Assembly: GCF_030684315.1 (NCBI RefSeq)
Contig: NC_081397.1
Coordinates: forward strand, 13,602,421 to 13,666,420
Direction: 5' to 3'
DNA from: Stegostoma tigrinum
Lineage: Eukaryota
Length of the DNA stretch: 64,000 bases
Shown: piece after piece, positions 25,139 through 38,839 of the stretch
Layout of the letters: every line of letters starts with the position of its first letter
Position numbering within the stretch: position 1 is the stretch's first letter
The notes under the pieces: model-generated
The model's input: only the letters and a program-made list of their open reading frames with translations
Told to the model about the DNA's origin: nothing
Databases searched by the model: none
Translations under genes and position numbers: made by a program

Positions 25139-27109
25139 TTTACGTGTGACTATCCCGCCCGCCCTTTTCCTCCAGTCTCTCTGACTCAATATTCACATCC
25201 ATACAGTCACAGGCCAGAAATATCTCTAAATGTACCTGTGGGAGGATGTACTTTCTCCCCCTTTCAGCCTGTGCTCCGGTACCCAGGGAATTAGTTGTAG
25301 TTTTTCTCCTCAGTAATTGTGAAACTCTCCGAGGTCTGTGCGCCGGAGATTCGTTCTGCTGCATATTCAGCTGCAAGAGCCAATCATCTGGTTTGAAGTT
25401 ACATTGATCACCGAGATCAGTTTTTTTTTCAATTGCAGTGACAATACTCAACATCGTTTCTGGGAATCACACTCATATAAACGTAAAGAATAGCAACTGG
25501 GCAAATAACACCCATCAGCCCTTCAAACCTCTCCTCCCTCTCACCATGAAAATGGCAGATCATCCAACTCAATGGCCTGTCTCTGTTTTTTTTTCTCCCA
25601 TACAGAGTCATAGAGTGAGGATACAGACCGTTCAGTCCAATCAGTAGATGCCGAGTATAATACCAAATTGAATTAGTTCCATCTCCCTGTCCCTGACCTA
25701 TTTCTTTTCAAAACTGTCGTGTTTATGCACTTCTCCAAATGTCGCTTTAATGTAATTATAGCCACGTCGACCATTTCGACAGGTAGTTTATTCCACATCC
25801 TTCCGTGTTCTATGTTTAAAAAAACGCCCCTCGCGTCTTTTTTTTAAATATCTCGCCTGTAACATTAAAATGTCTGCCCTGGTTTTCTATTCCCTCCATC
25901 CCAGACAAAGTTCAACGACCATTAACTCTGTCTCACCCCATCAGTATTTTACAAACTGTGAGAAGGTGACTTCTCAACATCCTACTCTCCAGTGAATAAA
26001 AGCCCCAGCCTATCCATGAAAACACGGTGTGGAACTTATTGAACCCAGCAGGTCAAGCAGCATCTTAGGGACAGGAAACGTTCTGGATCTTGACACCTAT
26101 CCATCCTTTCTATATGACTCGAGCCTTACATACTCTGCAAATACTCGTGAATCTTTTCTCAAATTTCAAAAACAGTGTTAAATAGCCCTCTAAAATGACA
26201 GTTTTGTAGACTGTAAAAAGACCACCATCCATACTCACGAATATATCCATTTAAAAGGGCTTGGGCAGTTGATGTGGAGGAACACCACCTTGATACTAGG
26301 CACGTTCCCCTCCAATCACCCACAATCCTAACTTGAAAATACGTCTCCTTGCCTTCACTGTCTCTGAATCAAGACCCTGGATCTACCTGCGAACTGCAAT
26401 GTGGGCAGCATATGGACCAGAACTATTTTAGAAGGTGGCTCAGCACCAACTTCTCAATGGGGGCAACTAGGGACGCGCAATAAATGCTGGACCAAGCCAG
26501 AGACGTCCTCTTCCCAGGAATGCGCAAACAAGAAAAAACAGGTGGGTCATTCGTTGCGGTAACCCATTCATCACAAGGTTTCTGCCTGCTGCATACTGAG
26601 AATAAAATCAGTCATCAATTCCAAACTGGTATTTGCATCGGGCCCAGGGATATTATTACACTCCTCTGGTCCGGGTGTGGCTTTAGCACGGCCCACCTGA
26701 CCCAGAAACAGGGAAACTACCTCTGCGCTGCAAGACACCCCACAGCAGTTACATTCTGCCTTCGTAATAATGTCGCATTTATTCCATCGCTCTGTGTTAC
26801 CTTGACAGAGTCAATATGGGACGAAGGCCAGCAGAATTAAATATCACAGTTAACATGAGATCAGGCGTGATTTTATTGAATAGTAGAGAATATTAAATGG
26901 GCCGAACGGCTGCCAGCTTCTCCGCTTCCCCACCAGATTGTGAGAAAGCCGGGGGAGGCAGATATTAACATGACCCGGGAAAGAGCTCCATTGGAGCTTC
27001 ACAAAGGGCCAATGCCCCAGTTTGAAACACTTTATGCCATTTCCCCCACAGCCTCCATTCGCTTTGCTTAAACTGGGAGGAAAGGGAACTGGGGAAGTAA
27101 CCAATTGAT

Positions 27110-27337
27110 AATAAAATGTGAGGCTGGATGAACACAGCAGGCCAAGCAGCATCTCAGGAGCACAAAAGCTGACGTTTCGGCCCGAGACCCTTCATCAGAG
27201 AGGGGAATGGGGGGAGGGAACTGGAATAAATAGGGAGAGAGGGGGAGGCGGACCGAAGATGGAGAGTAAAGAAGATAGGTGGAGAAGGTGTGGGTGGGGA
27301 GGTAGGGAGGGGATAGGTCAGTCCAGGGAAGACGGAC
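27110..27337 (-). mobile_element. 5'-truncated PLE insertion with hammerhead core (27171-27198) and 15-bp TSD
   Basis: aagtaaccaattgat at 27095-27109 and 27338-27352; minus strand CTGATGAAGGGTCTCGGGCCGAAACGTC. Confidence 0.85.
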
Positions 27338-27382
27338 AAGTAACCAATTGATGTTTGTTTCTGGGACTCAGCGGGGAAATCA

Positions 27383-27591
27383 GCGCATGCGTGATCCTTG
27401 CCATCCCCACCCCGAAAAAAGCTGCTTGTTGCTGACCAGAGGAGCGCATGCGTGAAGCTTTCCGCTGAGCCGCCATTGAGGGGCATTGACTCAGTGAGTG
27501 GAAGAGATTTGTTTGAAACAGGCCGCAATGGAGAGACCAGCGCCCAGGGAAGCGAGGGAACAGCAGGCTCCTTCCAGCAGCGCATCGAGAT
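27383..27591 (+). other. Promoter plus putative coding exon 1 of the unidentified gene, copy B (exon 27528-27591, MERPAPREAREQQAPSSSASR)
   Basis: Two GCGCATGCGT sites (27383, 27444), TTTGAA 27512, gcaATGG Kozak context, T|GTGAGT donor. Confidence 0.6.
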
Positions 27592-28293
27592 GTGAGTCTG
27601 GGGCACAGAGGGGGCTCCGAGACCGGCATTGATTCGGGCTCAGTTTAGGGAGAACCGTGGGCTGTTGGTAAGAGGCGGAGCGGAGCAGGAACTGGTCCCG
27701 GAACTTGGAGTGAGCGGCCTGGGGGCGGGGAGAGGGAGGCCTTTCTCGGGCTGTGTGTGGGCCTGCGGAGGGAGACACAGCGGCAAGAAGCTGCTGCTGG
27801 GGGTCAGGCTTGTAGCTTTTAGTCTTCTAAACACTGATGGAAATTCATTGTTTGGCTGCTGTTTCACGCTGTTAGTTGCGAGTTTGCATTGAACCGTGAA
27901 TAAAACAAAGCAGTGTGTGCAAACGGGCTCATCCCGCGAAGGAGAAACATAGCAGTCACCGGATTAAGAGTTTCCAGCAAAATATTTGAAATCGTGCCTG
28001 TTGTGCTTCCCTTCAATAGTTCGTGTATTGGGAGCTGGATATTGAACCGTGTAAGCATTCCATTCGTGGATCTGGTTAGTTTTTGTATCTCAGTAAATTG
28101 TTTTAGAATTTCGCTAAAAGAAAGAGGAGGAACCCGGGTTAGTTGTGTAACCGGACCCTTTTCTGTTCGACTCGTTGGCTTTAAAACAAGGAATTATCAT
28201 GAGTATTCACGAAATTTTCTCTTGATGAGTTTTGATGTTTTGAAACTCGGTGGATGTCGATTTACGGGCGAATTCTCTTTTGCCTTTCTCCAG

Positions 28294-28374
28294 GCAATTA
28301 TCTGTTGTGCCAAGACAATGTCACATTTCCGTGGTGCAACACCAAGTGTGACTAGCTGCTCCTACTAACAGCAG
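28294..28374 (+). pseudogene. Degenerate copy of the 82-nt exon (81 nt, in-frame TAG)
   Basis: CAG acceptor and GTACGT donor intact; NYLLCQDNVTFPWCNTKCD*. Confidence 0.6.
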
Positions 28375-30667
28375 GTACGTTCCCACTGTCAGAGCGGAGA
28401 CTGTCCTTTCCACAGTCGCGGTTTAAGTAACTCGCATTGAACGCAATTTCCAGAAAGAAACAATTAAACCAGCGATCAAATGCCACCAACAAAATACAAA
28501 TGTAACCTTTTTTTTCCTCTTCTCAATATAATCTAACCCAGTTCCAGTAAAGGTCATTTTTGACAGCCCATTGTCATTCACAGCATTTGAAGAGAATAGA
28601 TTGAATTCATGTCACAAATATACTCTCAATAACTACATTGAATTCACATTAAGTGAGGGTATTTTTGATTGATGACACTCTGATTCTCACAGTGGAATAC
28701 AATATTATACGTTTTGTTACAGTGATCCAATGCAACTGGACCACTGTGCCTTTCCCCTTATTCTATACAACCAATCCTTTGAAACTCCTAACTGAAGATG
28801 GACCCTCTATTAGACAGGCCAAGGTTCACCACAATCTGATAATGTTTAACAGACAATGTAATCACCAGGCCATGGGACCTTTCCATGCATCTATTAATTC
28901 GCTTTTCAAAGTTACTGGCTGTACACCTTCAGTCATGCCCCAGAATCGCTTGCCTATCAGGCTAGCTTGAATTCTGCTGTCAATTGTATTAATTTTGTGT
29001 CTCTATTAAATTCTGTTACTCCTCTTATTTTCCCACTGTCTGAATTATAATAAAACAGACAGTTGACTCCTACTAGGAGGCCAGGCCGCATCAGAGTAGC
29101 AGGAAAGTTGATGCTTCTGAAGAAGAGTCCTGACCCACAACTTAAACTTTCCTGCATCTCTGATGCTGCCTGGCCTGCTGTGTTCCTCCAGCTCCACATT
29201 GTGTTATCTCCAACTGCAGCATTGGCAGGGCTGACTATTGCTGAGTTGATTCTTACGACTTGCTATGAGATTCATGATATTAATTATATTATAAAGTGAG
29301 TTTTATTTAAAGCATTTTGCTTACCCTACTCTTAGCTCTGTTGGTGCGAATGAATTGTGAGCCATTTGCTTCTTATAGGATGCACCAGGCATTCCTTTAG
29401 TGACATAGGAAAGCTTCTGGAGACTAATTAACTTTCATACCCATATCTGAATCTTCTCCCCTAATGCTTATATATAGATTTAGAATTACATTGAAATCCA
29501 TCTGAAGGATCTTTAACTGGAACCAATTTCTTAATAGCGTGAATATTGCTGCAAGATGGAGTTATCTGCTGTTTTCATGATGAGCTAGGCCAGCTGTCTT
29601 TGGGATGATTGACACCCCTCGTCCTAACTAACTATATTCATCTAATGGGACAACATCCTTTCATTAAAGGGACTGTTGCAAACCTTCAAACTGTCTCCAA
29701 CAAATCTTGCAGCTGTTGTTTGTGCAATGCTCCCTTTTGCCTCGGAATAACCTCTTCTCAAAAGTACCATTGTGTCTTTGTTAAATGCTGGAGCAGGCTT
29801 TTTTCATTCTGTTTAACCACGTGTCAGTTATATGCAGCAGGGCTAGAGGAACAGCTTAGCTGCCAGCCATTCGGTGTCTCTTAGACTTGGGCAGCCCAAA
29901 CATTGCTCATTCAATTCTGAGAGAGGTGGAGGCAGGGAGTTATTAACATGACCTGCGAAAGAAATCTATTATAGCTCCACAAAGGGCCAATGCCTCAGCT
30001 TGAAGCATTCTCTGCCCTTTTCCCCACAGCCCCAGTTGCATTCTTGACAGTGGGAGAGAAGGGAATTAGGGAATGACCCATTGATGTTTGTTGTTGGGAA
30101 TTATTGGGAAAAGCAGTCCATGCCATTGGTGGCCCTGCCCCAAATGTTGCTTGTTTGGCTACTGTTTCACACTGTTTGTTGACATTGTGCATTGAATAGT
30201 GGAAACACAGACAAGATGGTGGAAACATAAGAATCCTGTAAAGGACGCAGATTGGAGTCAACAGATTATATGTCTCGAGTAAAAACATTTGAAATAGTGT
30301 CTGTTGTGCTTCTTTACAACAGTTAGTGTGTTGGGATCTCGTAACACAAACTGTGTCAATATTACGGCATCCTCAGGTAGCACCTTTAGATGCAGCTGTG
30401 CAATTGTTCAGTTTCTGGACCTCGCTGAGTTAGACCTGTGTTTGAATTGATGGCTTCAAAGAAAAGGCAGAAGTCTGGTGATTTGTGTTATAGTCCAAGA
30501 GGCTTATTTTAAAATCTCAAGCTTTTGGAGATCTGCTGCATTGTCAGGTGAAGTTGAAGAAAAGAAACATCCTAATAATTATCAACTGAATATACGTTAA
30601 TCTGTTTGAGATTGTCAAACTTGGCTGATGCTGATTTACAGAATGTTTCTCTTCTGTTTTCATCCAG

Positions 30668-30749
30668 GCAAATACATGAAGGACCAAGACAAAGTATCAT
30701 TTCCTTGGTGCAAAGCCAAGTGTGAGCAGCTGCTTCTCACAAACAGCAG
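30668..30749 (+). other. Intact 82-nt putative exon (KYMKDQDKVSFPWCKAKCEQLLLTNS)
   Basis: ttctgttttcatccAG acceptor, GTATGT donor, open in phase 1. Confidence 0.6.
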
Positions 30750-32437
30750 GTATGTTACCGCTGTCAGAATGCATCATTTCCACAGGCAAAGAGCAGTTTG
30801 AGTCAGAGACACGTTGAACTCAATTTCCAGAGAAATGCATTCAAGCCAACAGTCAAATACAAGCAACGAAATACAAGTAGTTTGTTTTCTCTCTTCCCAA
30901 TGCACACCTCCTCGGTTGCTATAATTTTCTTCATTCATAGCCTACTGACATTTATGACATTTTTGAAAAGTCACAGACTGAATCCTCATCTGATACGGAC
31001 ACCGAGGAACTGCAGTAAATCTGCATTTAGTAAGCAGGTTTTTAAAATTACTGTCAAGGTGAAGAAATAGTTCATGCAGTTACACAGTTACTTTGCACAG
31101 TGTGAGTACAGATATGGAAGAAAACATTCACATTATCAGTAACTGATCAGGACTGTGTCTATGTTTTGACAAATTGATGTCCCAGGCATAGAGAGAACAA
31201 TTAAATAATGTGACTTCCAAATGTGTGACATAAAATGGCTACTGAGAGCACATAACATAAACTGCACATGTGTACACACGCACACGCACGCACACCAACC
31301 TACCGAGTGATTTACAATGTATTCCAAATACACACGTGCACCGTTCCAACACACATTCCTCAACATCTAATAGCCATGAAGACCATGTACATTTTAAGCC
31401 TCAGCACATGTAACACTGAAAATGATTTCTACTCTCAGATTTCAGGTCAGAGAGCTAGCCTTCTATGAAAGAGACAAACAGAACAAAAAGTGAGCTCAGT
31501 TCTCCAATCTCCATGCACTCCCTGTAGGATTGAAATATATGGTAATGGCCATGGTCATAAATTAAGTATCAATTGTTTGCGACATCATCAAAAAAAATTG
31601 TGTGAATTTTTTGACATACTGAATTCCCATGAAGTAGTCCAAGTAGTAGATTGAACAAGAGATTCATTGTACCTCCAAATATCTCACCGTGTCTTAGACT
31701 GAGAGAGGTAACTAAAGTTTTTTTTTCCTTTTGTACAAACCGGAGGAATTGCATATCAGGACAAGTGTCAGATTGAAACCTATATTGCCATTGAATCTGT
31801 TTGAGCCACAAACTGAATAGCAGAACCCACTGCTGAATATAAAGTTTTAAATCTACCTGAAGGAAATTAAATGTTAACCTGAAAACAGACAGAAAACAAC
31901 ATATATTCAATCAGATACCAAGTTTTTTGACTTACAATTAAGAATGATTCGTACAGTGAACTTGCAACAAAAATGTGCACATTAAACTCAACACATTCAA
32001 ACCAGAGACTGACCAATATTAGAATAAAACTTAAACTGTACCATAGAATGAATATTGTGGAACATACTCAAACTTCAGCCTCACTGCGAGGGTTAGCAAA
32101 TTGTATAATCACTGACGGTTTCACTTACAGCACCTTACATAGCTGCAGATAAAATCTTATTCATGTTAATGAGCAGATATTTGAAAATCAAAGAAAACCT
32201 GCAGATGCTGAAAGTGCAATATTCAGTTGAAACTGACAGTCACAGATCGATAACTTCACTTGCACATTCACACAGCAGAAACTTGACAGGGAGAGAATGA
32301 TAAATGCATTTACAACTCAGATAGTGACAGGTATAGCTTAATAATTAGTTTCTTAGATTTACAGGGCAGGATCTGACTGGCAGAAATGAGAAAATACTCT
32401 CACAGCCATAGAGTAGAAAGTGACAATCACATATCAT

Positions 32438-33480
32438 TGAGGCAGAGAGTAGTAGTAGAAGGGAGTTTCTCAAATTGGAGACCGGTGACCAGTCGTGTTC
32501 CACAGGGATCTGTGCTGGGACCACTGTTGTTCGTGATATACGTAAATGATCTGGAGGAAGGTGTAGGTGGTCTGATCAGCAAGTTTGCAGATGACACTAA
32601 GATTGGTGGAGTAGCAGATAGTGAAGGAGACTGTCAGAGATGACTGCAGAATATAAATAGACTGGAGAGGTGGGCAGATGGAGTTCAATCCGGGCAAATG
32701 CGAGGTGATGCATTTTGGAAGATCGAATTCAAGGCGTACTATACAGTAAATGGAAAAGTCCTAGGGAAAATTGATGAACAGAGAGATCTGGGTGTTCAGG
32801 TACATTGTTCCCTGAAGGTGGCAACGCAGGTCAATAGCATGGTCAAGAAGGCATATGGCATGCTTTCCTTCATCGGACGGGGTATTGAGTACAAGAGTTG
32901 GCAGGTCATGTTACAGTTGTATAAGACTTTAGTTCAGCCACATTTAGAATACTGTGTACAGTTCTGGTCGCCACATTACCAAAAGAATGCGGATGGTTTG
33001 AGAGGGTGCAGGGGATGTTCACCAGGCTGTTGCCTAGTATGGAGGGTGCTCGCTATGAAGAGAGGTTGAGTAGATTAGGATTATTTTCATTAGAAAGATG
33101 GAGAGTGAGGCAGGGCTCTGATTGAGGTCGACAAAATCATGAGGGATATAGACAGGGTGGATAGCAAGAAGCTTTTTCCCAGAGTTGGGGACTCAATTAC
33201 TAGGGTCATGAGTTCAAAGTGAGAGGATGAAAGGTTAAAGGAGATATGCGTGGAAAGTTCTTTACACAGAGGGTGGTGGGTGCCTCGAATGCGTTGCCAG
33301 CGGAGGTAGTAGACGCAGACACGTTAGCATCTTTTAAGATATATTTGGACAGGTATCTGCATGGGCAGGGAGCAAAGGGATACAGACCCTTAGAAAATAG
33401 ATGACAGGTTAGACAGAGGATCTCGATCGGCACAGGCTTGGAGGGCGGAAGGGCATTTTCCTGTGCTGTAATTTTCTTTC
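32438..33480 (+). mobile_element. CR1-type LINE 3' fragment
   Basis: [38 protein letters not shown]. Confidence 0.92.
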
Positions 33481-34149
33481 TTCTCTTTATTCTTTGTATA
33501 TCGATAACTACACTCTTGTCTTCACGTATCAGAAAACGACAGGGACAATGACAATTATGCACACATTCAGAATGCAAAATAACTGACGGGTACAGATTGA
33601 TAAATGTATGCACACATTATCAAAATGTAGAGATTGTGATCTACATTTGCACATTCACAGAAATTTCACATTTTTTTTGCAACGCACTCCCAAATTCATG
33701 AAGCAGGAATGGATGGGTATTGATTGACAACTAAACTCATATGACACAGCAGAAACTGAGAGGGACAGCTTGATAATTACACTCACATCTACACGTGGCA
33801 GCTACTGACAAATACAATTCGATAACTACACCCAGTTCTTCACAAAACCAAAGTTAACAGGTACAGATTAATAATTAAATTCCTGCCTTGATGATATGGA
33901 AGCTGATAGGGGCAGGTTTATTAAAATGCGCGCACATTCCCCAAGCAGAAACTGACAGGAATATATTGAAAACAAAACCTCAGTTTCTGCTCGATGAATG
34001 TATCAGGTATAGACTGACAATTACACAAACACATTTGAATATTCAGATTTCACATACTGACAGGGACAGATTGACAACTACATTCATTCATTCATTGGTC
34101 TAGCTGAAACTGACGGGCAAAGTATGATAAATGTATTCACACATTCACA

Positions 34150-34246
34150 ATTTTCTGAAGAAGGGCTCAGGCCCGAAACATCAGCTTTCCTGTTCCTCTG
34201 ATGCTACTTAGCGTGCTGTGTTCATCCAGCTCTGTGCCTTGTTATA
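34150..34246 (+). mobile_element. Short PLE terminal repeat with hammerhead-like core 34155-34182
   Basis: CTGAAGA-AGGG-ctcagg-CCC-GAAA-CATC. Confidence 0.65.
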
Positions 34247-36934
34247 ACAGAGTAATAACTACACTGTCAGATACACACGGGAGAAACTGAAAGTTACAGA
34301 TTGGTAAATATGCTCATGCTAGCACGTAGCAAAAACTGACACAAAAGAAACAGCTCCTGTAAACCATCATCAGATGGGTTTGAAAACATTTAACTGATCA
34401 ATTCAACATTGAGCGAATAAACATTCAGATATTTAAATTATCACCAGGAATTCAAACAGAACTGTGGGTCTGATTGCACTCTAGCCCTGAGCTGCACTAC
34501 ATTTGATCAATTTTAAAAACTTCAACTCTAACTGAGTGATGCACAGAAAGTAACTGATACCCATACAGCTCCATGACTGGAACTACCTAATGCAAGCTTG
34601 TCTGTGCATATGAGTTTAGTTATTGATCCATTTATGTCATTTCATTCATCTCAATCTCGACATGTTTATAATGTGTGCATACATTTATCAATCTGTACCT
34701 GTCAGTTTTTTTGCATTCTGAATGTGTGCATAATTGTCATTGTCCCTTCCATTTTCTGATACGTGAATGCAAGAGCGTAGTTATCGATATACAAAGAACA
34801 AAGAGATAACTATACTTAGTTATTTACAAAGCAGAATTTGACAGAGAAAATTGATAACTACACTCATTGAAGAGCAGAAACTTATACGGATTGACAACTG
34901 GATTCACACATTCAATTTGCAGAAACTGAAAGGTAAAATCTGATATAAAAAAGACAAAAGAATTGTGGATGCTGTAAATCAGGAGCAAAAAGAGAACATG
35001 CAGGAAAAGCTCAGCAGGTCTGGTAGCATCTATGAAGAGAAAATCAGTTAATGTTTCAGGTCTGGTGATGCTTCCTCAGAACTGTGTAAAATGTGATAAT
35101 TACACTCATAAGCAGAGCAGAATCTGACAAGGACAGAATGATAACTATGCTCACATATTGACAAAAGCTGAAATTGACAGGTAAGGATTGATGATTACAT
35201 TCACATAGAAGAAACTGACAGGGGCAGAATGATAACTGTATTTAAATATTCATGCCACAGAAACTGTCAGGTATAAATTGATTATTACATTCATATATTC
35301 ACATCACAGAAACCAGCAAGTGTAATTTGATAACTGCATGTACAGATGCCTCCAGGGCCGCTGAACTTTTCCAACAACTTTGGTTTTGTGTTGAGAGTGA
35401 CACTTCATTTTAGTTTACCAGTAACTGATTGGGACAGAATTGTTCCTTTGATAAATAGTTATCCAATACATAAACGTAACAAATAAATCATGCGAACTTC
35501 AAACACATGTGCCTGACAAATGGGAAAAACTGCAGATGCTGGAAATCAGAAACAAAAGTAGAAATTGCTGCAAAATCTCAGCAAGTCTATCAGCATATGA
35601 GTACGGAAATGAATGTTCTGAAGTTGAACCTCTGTTCGGAGGAAGTGCGACGGGACCTGTAATATGACTCAGCTTTGTTTCCGTGTGGATGGACTGACAG
35701 ATACAGGTACTGACTGACTCAGAACTAGTTCAAAATACAGACATCACAACTAAAGATGTGATCCAAGGACTAACAGCTATGGAGTTCCATTTAAATTCCA
35801 GCTAACAGAAACATGATCTGTACAAAATGATTATCACTCACACATATCTAGTCATAGACAACTACAGCACAGCAAACAGTCCTGTCTCTCCAAGCCAGCA
35901 CTGCTGAGAAACAACAAGCCAATAATTACATCCATTCAGCCAGCATTCAATTTCCATAAATGTATCACGGTGGCAGGGGAACTACCATCTCCACCTTTTA
36001 TCGTAGGATTGTTCTCGAATTCTTCATCTTGTGGAACTAGATTTTTTTGTTTGTTCTGTTGTAAGCCAGAAGATTTTATAATCATGGACATTTATTTTTA
36101 AAAAAATAATTTGAATGGTAACTGGCTTTCCACTTTACATGAAACATTTAAAATGCTCAGTTTTCGCATGCTGGAAGATTGAAGGATCAATGGAGTGTGG
36201 CTGTCCATCTTGTTCCATAACAACGGTTCTTTTCAAAAAAAAATCTCATGAACTAAAACCTGGGTACTCACCCAATGGTCCTCAGTGTTAAATTTTAGTT
36301 TCCAAATTCTTCACAAAATAATCTGGCTCTCCTCTTTTGATGGTCTGTCACATATGGACCAAGTTCTGAAGGATAATAGAATGAAACCTGCAGGGCTATG
36401 GGATGTGTGCAGGAAAATGTGATTGTGATGGCCATCTGGGGGTGTTTCGGTCAGCATGGACATGATGCACCAAATGACCTCCTTCTGTTCTGTACCATTT
36501 TTACAATGATTGGCCTGGACCAATGTTTCCCTGTCAGTCTCTGCTGTGTAATACAGAAATAATTTGCCAAAGATTTAGAGGGACACATTGATAACTACAC
36601 TCACACATTCAACAGGTAGCAACTGACATGAATGGATCAGTAACTAAACTCATATGCACAGACAAGCTTGCATTAGGTAGTTCCAGTCATGGAGCTGTAC
36701 GGGTGTTGGTTACTTTCTGTGCATCACTCAATTAGAGTTGAAGTTTTAAAAATTGATCAAATGTAGTGCAGCTCAGGGCAAGAGTGCAATCAGACCCACA
36801 GTTCTGTTAGAATTCCTGGTGATAATTTGAATATCTGAATGTTTATTAGCTAAATGTTGAATTGATCAGTTTAATGTTTTCAAACCCATCTGATGACGGT
36901 TTACAGGAGCTATCTGTTTTTTTCCTTACTGCAG

Positions 36935-37016
36935 ACAAATGCTTGAAGGAACAAGGCAATGTATCTTTTCTTCAGTACAAAGCCAAGTGTGACCAGCTCC
37001 TCCTAACAAACAGCAG
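36935..37016 (+). other. Intact 82-nt putative exon (KCLKEQGNVSFLQYKAKCDQLLLTNS)
   Basis: ttttttccttactgcAG acceptor, GTATGT donor, open in phase 1. Confidence 0.6.
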
Positions 37017-38109
37017 GTATGTTCCCACTGTCACAGCAGAGAACATCCTTTCCACAGTCACGGAGCAGATTGAGTCAGACACACATTGAGCTTTAATTTC
37101 CAGTCAGACACGTTCAAACCGACAATAAGACAACACGGAGGAATGCCACTTTATTTTGCTTCTCTCTCCATTCAAAATACCCAGTTCAAACAGATTTCGC
37201 CTAACATAACCCATTGACATTTACACCATTTTTGAAGATGGGTAGACTGAATCCTTATCCAAAGTATACCCTCAGGACTTGAAGGAAATCTGCATAGAAT
37301 TACTCTGATATCAACTCCACATAATGAATCACGCTTCCACGGATAATATTTTTGGCTGCCTCAATCCTAATCCACTTTCAGGTGTAGAAAGTGATCAGTA
37401 CGCATGGATACCTAACCTCACACATTCGTATTGCAGGGTCAGACAAAAAAAGTGGTATTTGACCGTATTGATACTTCAGAAACTGCAAGTAAAAGGTGAA
37501 TTAAAAATGTTCACATAGCCACAAAATAGAAACTATTATGCACATACTAATTACTGAACTCGCATTCACAGAGACTGAAACTGGCAGAAATATATTGATG
37601 ATAACACTCCCAATGTCACAGAGCATAAAGTGACAGGTACAAACTTAGAACTGCAATCACAAATCCACGGAGAGACATGCACGGATTGCTGACTGTACTC
37701 AAATATTCAGAGTAGGTTCTCACAGGTACATCTTGGTAACTGGACTCGCAAATTGACAGAGAAGCAAATTATAGGTGCACATTGCTTACATGCACGTATC
37801 CAAATGGACGAACTTGACAGGAACAGATTGATAATAACCTTGGACACAGCAAGAACTGCATATGCTGGTATCAGCCTTCCCAGTTACACACAGCATAATC
37901 TGACAGACAGGTACAGTTTGATAATTACTCTCATTCACAGAGTGGAATCTGACACATCCTTATTGACAACTGCACTCACATGGCCACCAAGTGGAAACTG
38001 ACAGAGTTTGATCACAGTGACAGTCAAATTGCGGAAATTGACAGATACATATTAATAATCACTTTCACACTTGCCTTGCAGGAAATGTCAGGGTCAGTTC
38101 ATTAAATAC

Positions 38110-38800
38110 GCTGCTGTTGACTTGCTCACTGAGCTTGTAAGTTTGTTCACAGACATTTCATCACCATGCTACACAACATCATCAGTGCACCGTGAATGAA
38201 ACGTTGGTATTCTGTCCTTCTTGCTATTTATGTGCCTCAGTTTGCCGGGGTGGTGAGCATCACTTCCAGATTGGTTTCTTAGTGGTTGGTGTGTGGTGTC
38301 CAGCTGGACATGTTTGTTAATGGAGTTCTAGTTTGAATTCTTGTGCATGTCTTTGGTTGGGATGTCCTCTGATGGCTACGTTGTCCCAGTCAAATTGGTG
38401 TCCCTCTTTATCCATGTGCATTAAGGTGAGTGATAGTTGGCCATGGCTTTTGGCAGCGAGTTGATGTCCATGAATCCTGATGGCGGGTTTCCTACCAGTT
38501 TGCCTTAGGGAAGGTATTTGGCAGTATTTGCATGGTAGCTTGTAAATCGCATTGGTTCTGCTAATTGTGAATGTTGGACCCTTCATTCTCAACAGCGGCT
38601 GTCACTTCGTGGGCTATCATGATGCTTACAGGGTAGAGTTACCTGGTGGTTATTTCACACCCTCAGTACAGAGTCTGGTGACTACTATCACTGGATGTGT
38701 TGCGTCTTCCTGTTGCCATCAGTTGTGTAGCATCTGCGAACAATGCATTTTGAGTAACTGTCATTTCTAAAGACACTATCTGTGTTCTTCTTTGGCTTTA
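38110..38800 (-). mobile_element. Penelope-like element, second family (GIY-YIG remnant and hammerhead-like end)
   Basis: NAIYKLPCKYC...QTGRKPAIRIHGHQ...GHQFDWDN; minus strand CTGATGA...GAAATGTC at ~38152-38185. Confidence 0.8.
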
Positions 38801-38839
38801 TGAAACTCCGGGATGCTGCAGTGTGTTGTGGCTCACTTG

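Larger units (their letters stand above)
31960..38100. repeat. 47-49 bp tandem repeat in the opposite orientation (cagaaactgacag on +), interrupted
   Basis: Repeated gcagaaactgacaggtacagattgataactacactc variants. Confidence 0.8.
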
